Positions 52,861-64,000 of a DNA stretch of 64,000 nt are shown here, piece after piece (position 1 is the first letter of the stretch; each line of letters opens with the position of its first letter). Position numbers and translations under genes: made by a program. The DNA comes from Lama glama (Eukaryota): assembly GCA_028534125.1 (NCBI GenBank), contig CM052817.1, positions 60,142,001-60,206,000 of the forward strand, written 5' to 3'. A model generated the notes under the pieces. It ran no database searches and had not been told where the DNA came from. It saw only the letters and a program-made list of their open reading frames with translations.

Positions 52861-53569
52861 AACCAAGTGCAGGTGCAATTATTTAACATTTTGTTAAAAA
52901 AAAAAAGGGAAGATTGAAGTAAGAGCATGCGCTCAGGGAGATGCTTTGGGTTCTTAGCTTTATATAAAATTGTGAAGTAGGTAAGTTAATCTGTGATAAT
53001 TCTAGATTTTCTTTTTATCACCTTTTTGTTACTTCTCCTCTATACTTTTCCACTTGTCAAACTTGATCTCAGCAAAGGATTCCATAACCATACATTGACA
53101 TAAGGATTTCTGTTTTCCCTTTCAGTGAATTACTTAGATTTTTAATCAGGAGTAACCTCCAGGAACAAATTCCAAATGGTTAAATTTCAAGCCTTTAAAA
53201 CGCAGGAAGAGATAATTTTGGTTGGGGAGGAAATGTAGACCTCTGGCCAACATCAGTCGATTCTGGCTCTTGATTTACTATAAAAGTTTTTCTTCTTCAC
53301 CAGAAAACTAAATGTAAAAGTTGAAAACAATGGCCCATTTTTTATTTGAGGTAGATTGCTGAGTCTATGCTAACTTCTCTGGAAATGTTCATTGAACTGT
53401 GATGGGAAAAAAATAAGTGCCAGGCGAAAATCAAACACCAGTGAGACACTGCACCTGCCTCCCCTCAGAGTGCTCAGAGTATGGAGCAAGGACACTGGAA
53501 GTGTAGACAGTTGCAGGTGGTGAAAGAGCTGTTGCAGAGGGAGGTGCTTTGTCTCCGATAGCCTGTCCA

Positions 53570-54270
53570 AAAAGCATTCTCCTCTGCTGCTCCTGTTCTG
53601 TCCTCACCACCACTCACCTCAGTCCAGTTTCTTCTCTTATCTTCATGAACAGCATCATATTTTCTCAGTCACATAGATCGTTTAACTCGAAGTCGTCACT
53701 TACTTTTTCCTTTTATTCACCTTTAATATTCTTTCATGTAGGACCTGTATCCTACAGATGTGGGTCCTCAATGTGTCTAATATCCTTTCAAATTTCCATG
53801 CACCCCTTTGCATCCCTGATGGCCCCTCCTTGCAGAATCTTGAATTTACTATTGATTTGACTCCACCTCTTCAGTCTCTGCCTATTCCATTGTGTTCAAA
53901 TAAAGTTACAGCATATCTGTGATCTTACCAACCACATGTCAAGCTAATAATTAATAATAATAATAATAATAATAGAAACTTTCTGTTTAAGGTATCATTT
54001 GATACAAACTGCTTTGTTTGGCATTCATGATTTTCTGTGACTGACACTAACCTACTCCTTTACACTGCATCATTTATTTTCTCACATACCCTGTGAGCTG
54101 TCTGCATTGGCCTGTTGGCTATTCCCTACAATTGCTCTGCATTTTGCAATCTTTTATGTTTTCTTATACGCTTTCTCTGCTGAAATGAAGTTTTCCCCTT
54201 CATATATAAAAAAGCCCTACCATCCTTCAAAATCATCTTCCTCATAAAATCTTTCTTCAAATACATATCT
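53570..54270 (+). mobile_element. L2 fragments containing an (AAT)n tract at about 53946-53973
   Basis: ttggcattcatgattttctgtgactg...ccctaccatccttcaaa...ttcctcataaaatctttc. Confidence 0.45.
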
Positions 54271-55671
54271 TTGTCTCATTAACTCCATGATGATAACAAC
54301 TGTGGCTTCATCATTTTTTTGTTTTTAGACTTACCCCTTGAATTTGAATAAATATATATATTCAATTATACTGTATTTGTTATATTCAATATGAACATAA
54401 TGTACCACCTTATCTTTTTTTTCAAAACTTTTTTGCATAGTATTCTGATTACTTATTTATATTCATGTTGTTTCAGTGCATTACTTTGTAATTTTGTACA
54501 GGTGTATACCCAAAGATGGAAATAATTCTAATAACTTTTTAAACTAAATGTAAATATTGCCTTGGCATTTATTTTGTACTTACAGTTATTATTGATTTAA
54601 TAACAATGTAGCACAGTCTTGTTTTCAGTAGTATACTGTGAGGTTGGATATTAGTGCTTTTGCAACAAAACAGTATGCAAACATTACCCACCAGAGCATA
54701 CAGCACACCGGGTGATTATAAGAGTCTATCTTCTAATATAAAATAGATATGGAACTACACAGGAAAGAGAGAAAGCAATACAGGGAAAATTATAATTAGG
54801 TGACTCTCAAAAATAATGATGAGTATAAATTAGTCGTGACAAAGTAACAGGTAATAAAATTTCAAGAGGCAAACAAATTAGGAAATGAAAATTATAGCTA
54901 TAAAATAGAATCGGCTCAGAGGAGCAGTGACAATGGACAGAGTGAAAGAGGGAGGATATTAATTACAGAAAAGGCATTTTTGATTAATGAAGGTAGAGAA
55001 GCTTCAACTTGTAAACATATCCACTGAGAGGAGTGGTACAATAGAGCTTTATGACTTTAGCATGAATCCAGGTGAAAAGAAATACTATTGTAGATCATGT
55101 TAATTTAATTTTACTGTGTGAAAAGAAAATGGCTTTTAAACTGTTGACTGAACAATTCAAGGTGGTACTTTGCTTCAGCAAATGTGGGCCCTCTGTTGTG
55201 ATCATTTTTGAATAATGAGTTAAGTGCTGGTGATACTTATTTGAAAATATTGTGATGTAGATTAGAACTTTTTCTAGTTTTTTAACTTACCTAAGGAAGT
55301 ATATTTATTTTATCTAAAGACACAAATTTTCTATGATTCAGTATATCTTATATTAGATGATGAAGTAGATTACTGAAAGCTAATGTCACTCAGATTCAAA
55401 ACATAATCCATCCCTACCCAAGACAAAGATAGGCACTGAATTTCAGATCCCACTGAATAAACTGATTCCACAAGTTGTGCACATTTTAACTGCCAAGATC
55501 TTTAATCTCAGCTCAGCTTTAAAAAACCCAGCATGGCCCTTCTTTATAAAATATAGTAATATTAACTTATGTATTTTCCATGTGATGGTTGTGAAAATAA
55601 AATTTGGTAATATGTTAAATGATTTAAAAATTAGAATGCTAGGAGATCTGTCAACATTAGAATAGGATTGA

Positions 55672-55890
55672 ATTTTTCAGCAGAATTTCTGTGATGTTGG
55701 AAATGTTCAAATAGAATAGTGTGCTGTCCAACATGGTAGTCACAAGCCATATATAGTTACTGAACACTTGAAATGTGGCTCCTATGATTCAAGAAATGAA
55801 TTTTCCTTGTATTTATTTTTAACTTAATGTATTAGTGTAAGTTTATATAGACAGATTAAGTTAGTGGCTACACTGTTGCACAATACAGAT
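55672..55890. mobile_element. MER3 (hAT-Charlie MITE)
   Basis: agaatttctgtgatgttggaaatgttc...gtgctgtccaacatggtagtcacaagccat...gaacacttgaaatgtggct...agtggctacactgttgcacaatacag. Confidence 0.85.
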
Positions 55891-56809
55891 GTAGAACTAT
55901 TCTTTTAAATTTGATTTGATCGTTTAATACCTCAAGTTTGTAATTTATGTAGCTGCTGCATGGTTTCACAGCTTAGGCAATCAGAATTTTTCCCCAGTGT
56001 TTGCAATAGAGATTTCTGATAAACTGTGAGCCAGTCTTTTCAAATGATAAATTATTAATGAACATATTACTTTGACCATCTACCTAGCTCTATAACTAAA
56101 TTTTAGTATTTGTGTTACTTTAGCAAAATCATAAATACTAATTCTTAGTTTTCTCAATTTTAATGGTTAGGAAAGGTGGATAACAATTTTAAAAAGGTAA
56201 TTCATCTACTAGTCTTAAAATGACTGGTGAATAGTATGTGTTCAATATGTGTTAGCTACTTTTAATCAAAGCAAATATTACAGAAAACTAAACATAAGCC
56301 CTATTCTGAACAAAGAAAAATGTATTAATGGCAATTTGATTATACTTAGGGTTCGGCAATACATAGAGGTGGAGCTTCCCTTGAACCAGGATTAATTAAG
56401 AACAAATCCATTCCTAGTGTTCTTGCTATGCTTTGATGTTTGTGCTATTGGCAGACCTTTTACTATTTGATTCATCCTTAAACTGATTTTTAAGCCTTCC
56501 CAAGAATTCTGCCATTTCTGAGTTGAGCTCAGGGCCAGGGGAAAAGCTGAGTTTTAGCCACCTTCCTTGAAACAGCCTTTTATGCCTCTCAGAATCACAC
56601 TTAAATCTTCCTTAACTCTGGGTGGCTTAATAAAGCTCTCTTGGTCTGTGTGTTTTTTTGTTTCTAAACTACCTAGAAACTTGCTGCTTTCAACCTCAAA
56701 AAAGAAATTTCTGGGACTTTAAATCTCCCCCCTCCCCAGACAGAATTCTCTGGCATTTTCATTTGTCTTCTTTATGACTTAGATTAACCTTAATTTTATA
56801 GCTTTACTA

Positions 56810-56970
56810 GCTAAAAAGTGTTGGTCTTGAACTAGCAGCATACCTTCCCCTTGGAGCTTGATAGAAGTGCACATTGTCCAGCCCCACACAGCAGATCTAC
56901 TCAATCACAATCTATATGTTACGATTCCTAGGTATTTCTCCCATAGGTACAAAAAGTTGAAGTATTCTTT
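56810..56970. mobile_element. MER5A1-like hAT MITE
   Basis: aaagtgttggtcttgaactagcagcat...ggagcttgatagaagtgcacattgtccagccccac...gatctactcaatcacaatct. Confidence 0.65.
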
Positions 56971-59845
56971 CATAGCGTACGTTTGTTTGCTTTGAAAGAA
57001 CATAGAGATGTTTTATTAATTTAACTTACCTTTATACCACTTCCTTCATTGAGTCAAACTTCATTATTCTCAACTGCCTCATTTTTCCATATATATTCTC
57101 TATATTTACCTTAATTCAAGCAAGAAGCATAGGAGAAAGGGTGGATTATATTTTGTTGGAATCCTAACCCTCTTACATTTGTTAAATCAAGTAAAATAGT
57201 TCAATTAAAAAGACATACAAAGAAGGCATTTATATTCTATTAGATCACTATTCTATTCTGGTTTTTTTAGCCATCTTCATCGATACAAATCTTTTATAAT
57301 GCAACCTAAATACCTCATGTTACTGCTTAAGCCTTTTTTGTCTAACGCTACCTTTAGTGGACCAATGGGAATAGTTGAACAACAAAAACCTTTTAGTCAA
57401 AATCTGGCTTAAAGAAAAGAAAAGCCTTTTGCCCAGTATTTCTCATTTTGACTTATCTACTTAAAAGACAGTTGCTATCATAGTTTAGCAATTGTTTTAT
57501 TTAACAATAAATTTTAAGAATTAATGAATAAAACAGTAAATAAATAATAAAATATACATCTATTTTTCCACTTAGATTAGTGTCCTATGCCTCCATAATA
57601 TTTTTGCCTTGATTTGTAATTGCTTTTTGCATTAGTTGTTGATCTTTTTTTGTATTTTCAAAAGCCTCCCAAATGTCTGAAATAAATCTCTCAAAATGCA
57701 GCATGTAGCAAGATACACATTATATTTAAATCTGTTAATAATGATGATGATTTTATTTGTTGTTTTTGATTTAGTGTTTTGGTTTAGTTTTGTTAAAAAT
57801 GGCTTGCTGAATAGACTTTGAGTCTCAGATTGAGAAAATTTTTATTATTTGATCTAGAATTTTATGTTAAAAGCCAGTTAAGAGTAAGGGAAATGAGAAA
57901 GCAAAGCAAAGAGTAGAGGGACAAAGCTACTATTATATTTTTCTTTGTTATTGTGATAATCATCAAAGAAATATTCTAAGCATTGTTTAATTTTATTTAT
58001 AAGTTAGCTTCTAGTAAGCTTAAATGCATTATATTCTAATAAACTAAATATATTTAGCAATTGACCATTGGTTAGTCAATTTAATATAACTCAATATGCT
58101 TTAGTTAAACTCCTGAAGCAAGACTTTTGTCCTACATGATGGACTCAGAAAACAAAGTATCACATAATGAATTTAATTTTGAGAAATAGTATACGTAACA
58201 CTGGGTATATGAAGGTAACTTTGCATTGATCATATTGAGTTAATGCATGTCCTCAGAGAAGGTGTTTCTTAGCCCATTCCATCTGATTTTGTGGAATTGG
58301 TTCTGAGTCCTGCATCCAATAGGTGATCACCAGATAGGGTCACTCATATGTAACAGCAGGAAGTATCATGGGATTCATGGGCCATTACACAGGTTGAGGA
58401 TGATGCAGGAGCTAAAGTTTCTTAGATATAGTCCCAATTTAAAATTTTGTTAATAGGTTTCTTTTATTATCATTTATTCATTACAGATAAGTACTAGTGG
58501 CTTTTTGCATATAAAATTACTCAGTTTAATTACATTGAGTGAATTATATTAGCGAGTGTTTTAATAACAATTGATGTATTCATATTGCAAATATCCACTG
58601 AGTACAAGCTATGAGAAACATTGTGCTAATTGCTAAAATGCAGAGGTAAAACTTAAAGGAAAAATTAAAATAGAAGTTCAAATTAAAGTAAAAAAAATTA
58701 AAGCTCATGTTATTGCATGAACTACACTAAAGCAATCAAATGCAAGCAATGGTCAATAGCTAAATACATCTTTTAGTAATGCAAAAGACATTCAAGGGCA
58801 AGATAGAGTTTTATTAGAAAATATTAGCATTAAAATGTGACTATTGCAAACAAAAACAGTAATAAGAGAAGTAACATAATTAGTAGCACATTTTGCTAGC
58901 ATTAAAATAAATTGTGTAATATCTTTTTCAAAGTAGTTTGATATAGATTAATTCTTCAAGAGAATAATGAAATGCAATGTATACAATTTCTGCTTTCTGT
59001 TAGCAATTTAAAGATCAACAAATCTCAGCCAAAAACTTTCAAGTTTGTAAATAGAGACACATTTCTTTTAGTGTGTTGACAGAGTTCTGGGATTGTCTTA
59101 ATCCTGCGGTGGCTACCTGCAATTCATTTTTAATTTGTCATGCAGCTTTGAAGCCATCCTTGTGTCTTCCTGGAGGTTTTTCAATATAATTAGTGACACC
59201 ATGAATAGAAACTATCATTAAATTGATATGTGTAATAAACATGTATTTTAGGTAATTAAAATATAAATTTATAAGAATTGATTATTTACTTTTCTTGAAA
59301 ATTGATGATTATTCTCGTTTAAGTATATTTGGGAGACTTAATTACATGTTATTTTTCAAAATAGAGCTTGATAAGATTGATCTGGCCTAAATTATCCTTA
59401 AAATAGTTGTTTATTTTTTTTATTTAAATAGGTATTATCATAATCTAGTAATTTATATAAGGCTTTAGGGAAAACTTTACTAGGTAAATTAAATCTAAAT
59501 TATCATAAAACCAAAGAATAATCGTATAATGAATAAATAGTTACTTTTGGTTTTCTTTAGAAAAATAACAAACCCAATTTTATATCAGTGTTTAGTATAG
59601 AAGGAGCTTACCCCAATATAATATGTATAGACCATGTTTTCACATATATATAAGTTATAACTGTTCCATTATAAACACCTATCAAATGTGAAATCACTTT
59701 TTTAAATAATTGGAGAAAAGGCAACTCTAATGTATATCTTCTAAAATATTTCTTACAGGTACTAGAGCCCCAGATGATTATGGCTTTAATTTTAAATCTA
59801 CTTTTTAAATTTTAATTTAAAATATTAAAACTTTAATTTTAAGAA

Positions 59846-59955
59846 ATGTAACCAATTGTCCCAGTTTGCCCAACACTGTCAGTTTTAGGATTGAAATTCT
59901 TGCACCCTGGGAAACTCTTCCAGTCCCGGGGAAACCAGGATGTTTGGTCATGGTA
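59846..59955. mobile_element. MER81 (hAT-Blackjack)
   Basis: accaattgtcccagtttgccc...cctgggaaactcttccagtcccggggaaaccaggatgtttggtca. Confidence 0.8.
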
Positions 59956-60089
59956 ATGTAACATTTCTATTGTTTTTATTACCTTAATATTTTAATATTT
60001 TAAAAGTAAAAATATGTCCTATACAGGAATCCAGAACACACTGAAACTTATATAGTGACAGCTTTAATACTAATCACAAATACCTTCAT

Positions 60090-60560
60090 CTTTTAACATC
60101 CATTATTCAAGCACCTATATTTTAAAGCATTATTTCCTACATTTAAAAGATCAATAGATCATGCTCTCTATTTGTAAGGAACTCATGCATAGCCTCATCA
60201 AAGAGCCAAGTATGTGAGATAATAATTATACAAACTGATAATTGTTAAAATAAAAGAGCAAAGGCTTTGAACATATAAAAGACTTACACACTCATTCTGC
60301 CTGAGAAGAATTAAAGAACTACTCAGAAAATATGTGTTAATTAGAAGGAATAGGAGTTTACAAGGAAGAGGAAAGGAAGAAGGGATTTCTAGGCTTAAAG
60401 ATGTGAAAGAATGGGCCATGCTCAGGGTGCAGTGAGAAATTTAGGGCCATTATAACATGGGATGGATAAATCAGAAATAATCATTTTGGTTTTATTAGAC
60501 AGGGCATTGATGGCTAAATTTCAGCAGATAGGATTTATTCTGTGTCCACTGATTTGGGAA
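60090..60560 (-). mobile_element. L2 fragment
   Basis: aacatccattattcaagcacctat...aaggaactcatgcatag, followed by purine-rich antisense L2-like sequence. Confidence 0.5.
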
Positions 60561-60569
60561 GAATGTATG

Positions 60570-60742
60570 CTCAGGAATTCATCAGAATCACCTGGGAAGA
60601 TTTTTAAATTATGGAAGCCTGCACCACCTTCAGCTCCATTCCCCCATAATCTGCTAAGCAAGTGAGAGGGGCCAATAATTTGTAATCATATATTTGTAAT
60701 TTTCTTCACATGATTATGATTCCAGTAGAGATCGAGAACTAT
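60570..60742. mobile_element. MER5-like hAT MITE
   Basis: catcagaatcacctgggaagatttttaaa...gattatgattccagtagagatcgagaact. Confidence 0.6.
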
Positions 60743-63700
60743 CAGATTTGCCCAAAAAGAGCCATCAGTGAAAATCAAGTTGAATTACATGATTTTATTT
60801 AAATCCTTAAAAATAATTCTGAAAGTTTTGTGTAGAATCAATAGGCAACCAAGATTTCTTTGAAGGATATGAGTGAGAGGTAACGGACTGTGCTAAGGTT
60901 TAGTCAGGGTACAAAGGGGTGATATTATAGGAGAAATTTCAAAAATGAGGGACAGTCTGCTCTGTCAGATGCTTAGAATGTGTGTTTTGTGAATACCTGT
61001 TCATTTTATACCAGTTTCTAATATAGTCAACACAGTACCAACAGAGTATAAACACTGCCTCTGGAAAATTAATCTATAATAGGCCAAATGATGACAGGCA
61101 GTTCTTTCTCTTGTATTTTCCTTTAAATGTAAGTTTATTTTTATTTCATTATTGTACTTAATCATTCACTTAACAAATAATTTTTGAACACATACAATAT
61201 GCTAAATAGTGCTAACTAGATGCAGTATCCACTTGTAATAAAAATGGTATATTTTTTAAAGGTATGTTCATTAAATTGTCCTCCTTTTCCTCATTATTAA
61301 GAAATTAAAAAGACATTTGTAAACTGGTACCACATTTCTGGAGGACAGCTTAGCTGTAGGTATCAAAAATATTTAACATTTTAACACATATGGTTATTTA
61401 TTTCTGCAAGTAGTTAGGTAGTATTGCTGTGGATGCTAGAGTAGTATTCTTACCTTGTGTATTTTGTATTCTTAGATAACCACTATAAAGCAAATGCTGT
61501 TGCAACATTAAATGTATATCTCTTTTCCAGTACAACAAATTTATACATGTATTCTTGGATTGCAAAATAACTGCTGATATGTCATGGGAAAATATATTGT
61601 GCAAATAATATGTTCCATCTAAGCTTCCTTTTTCAAACTGACTACCTTAATATGAAACTGTTACCTCTAAATCAGATAACCTTAGTCAATAAATAGAGGC
61701 CTGATTTTATAAGTATTGGCAAATAAATGTCTTTTTTACAAAAACTGTTCTTTCTAGTTTATGTGCATTTAGTATAAAAATTCACAGCAACAATAAACCA
61801 CCTGTGGCATTACTTCTTAGGGATTATAACATATTAAAAATAACCGTTAGGTTTACACGGGCTTCCTATTATTCCTATTTATGAATGCATACTAATTAAA
61901 ATATAAAGATACCTAGTTTTATCAACATGTTACTTGTCCATGTTTTATGTTAGTAAAATGGTTATAATAAACTTGTATCATAAATCTTGGGGGACAGTAT
62001 TTTTTTCATGTTTTTATGCACTTTACCATATCACTGCTAAAAGTAAAACAGTTTTCTGAAGAAGTTTCATTTAGTGTATTGAGGATATTCTATTTTAGGC
62101 TCCTTAACTTTTTGCACAGTGAAATCCGAAATCATTTTATATTTCTAAAAGGATACATAGCTTTAAGTTCATAAAAGAGAAGGGTGTAGTACACATGGTG
62201 TTCATCTGTTCAGCAGCAAAAAGGTCAAGAAGCTAAATGAATATGCCCTCAAGTCTACAAGTGAAAAATAGACCTTGTAAGCAAGAGAGACACTAAGATA
62301 TTAAATTTGAAACAGGTAGCACTTCAGAACCTCAGCTGCAAAACGACATTTGTAAAATGCATTTCCCATATAGTATATTGGCAATTTTTATGCATTTTAG
62401 TTACATAGGTAGTGGATTGATAAGTACAGAAAGAATGTGTATCATTTTAAATGGACCTTATTCTAGAAAAATAAAAATGAAATATTATTATAGTTGTTAG
62501 CAGTTATAAAGAAACAAAAAACATTTATGACAGTAGAGAAAACCAAATAATCCTTGAACATGAAATGTTTTAATATAATTTCTGATTTTTAAAAATTGAT
62601 ACTTTCATTGAGTGGTGTTTAAATTTGACAATATTATTTCTTTAATTATAAAAACATTGTATCATAGGGGCAGGGAGTGCAAACTCCTTTAGAATTACAA
62701 ATATAAAAATACAGTTTCTTAAACTTTGAAAAGCAATGAATCCTTCCTCCAAAAAACTGTACATACTCACATTTCGCAGAAAAATTAGCAGTTTAGTGAG
62801 AATCTTAAACTAGTTTTACCTACCCACAATACCTGTAGCTATTTTTGAAACCTAGAATAGAAACTGCTGTGGAAGTTTAGGAGATTTGTTTTATTTATTC
62901 ATCTATGAATAAAATGTTGATTCTAACTTTGATTCATTGAAGAGGATGACTTTGTGGCTTAAGACTATATACTGAGAGTGATAATTATCAATACTAATAA
63001 AGTATATGAAAATTGCACCCTAATGTTAAAATTTCTATTTCTTCAGTTGTGACACAGGAAAAAATCATATTTCACTTGAATATATATGAAAATATTTTGT
63101 TACATTTTATTAAAATCGAGTTTGAAGCAAATCATAGACTGCTTGTCCTATCACTTTGGTTCTATGAAAAGAATCATACGGAAAATAACTTGGAAATTAG
63201 ACCTGCCTGGTAAAAAGCGGGAAATAATAGAATACAGCAATTAGGAGGCTTGTGTTTTAGTGCTACCCTGGGCTCCTCTTTTATTATTATTATTATCATC
63301 ATCATTATTATTACCACCTTTTTTGGCCTTGTAACAGCTCACATTTTCCAACTCAGTATATTCACCCAAATGGTGCACACATCTAGAAGACAATAGTAAA
63401 TGCGATTTTTATGTAAACTCCCTTCTCTTTTATTTCACTTTCATCTTTCAAGGGACTTCATGAACTCATACTGGAATCCACCCATCCTCATCAATGTTCT
63501 TTTTCTCTGGGCTTAAGTTACGTAGCTTGCTGCTATTTCATGTGCTTCCTTAGAAAAATGCAACACTTGGATACAAGAATTGTGTTTCATTGTGGCTTTT
63601 GACAAAGTTTTGGATTCATAGTATATATTTAGACAGTGATGAATAATCTGATTGAGTGAGCTAATTCTCTGAATTAAAAAAAAAAGGCAAAAACAATGAA

Positions 63701-64000
63701 TAATCGTGTCATTAAAATGTTACTCCATATCCCAAAGACTAGAGAATAAAATGAATTAACTCAAATTCTGTAAAAGGAAATTTCTCCCCCTTCAGAAAAA
63801 TAAACACCACCATTTAGCCACACTTTCATTAGAAATTGATGGTGTTTTCTGCTTATGAATAAAGAATTATTTTTTAAAAATTATCACTAGCAGGTCCACT
63901 CATCATCCATATCATACTAAACTTGAACAGTATTTTAGAAGTAGAAAAGGTTTGATCCAAAATATATTATAGTTAATTTTATACATATAGATTAAGTTAA

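Noticed and set aside
61398..61640. Minus-strand open frame with a CAAG|gtaaga donor near 61453
   Set aside because: AT-rich, no clear acceptor and no recognisable protein.
1..64000. Prokaryotic-type systems (CRISPR arrays, operons, IS elements)
   Set aside because: The sequence is mammalian non-coding DNA, with no regularly spaced repeat-spacer array or gene-dense region.

Overview
AT-rich, CpG-poor mammalian genomic DNA, most likely camelid (camel/alpaca/llama), judged from a Vic-1-like tRNA-derived SINE with a perfect 17-bp target-site duplication at about 28.3-28.4 kb. I could not identify any protein-coding gene, RNA gene or CpG island; the window looks like a large intron or a gene desert, and the supplied ORFs are mostly chance or repeat-derived. 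Most recognisable content is transposon debris: ancient L2, MIR, L3/CR1, hAT elements (a full-length Charlie1a, MER3, MER5, MER63, MER81), MaLR LTRs, ERV1-type LTRs and L1s. The most unusual signal is a roughly 105-codon minus-strand relic of a Gypsy/Ty3 (K02A2.6/Mag-like) integrase N-terminus at about 19.7-20.0 kb. Other oddities are a 68-nt hairpin inside Charlie1a, a chimeric ERV LTR interrupted by a 5'-inverted L1, an L1 whose 5' UTR is joined almost directly to its 3' end, and two PBX/HOX+MEIS motif clusters. Repeat names come from my recollection of consensus sequences, not from a database search, and boundaries of old repeats are approximate. I cannot claim a new biological system from this sequence alone.
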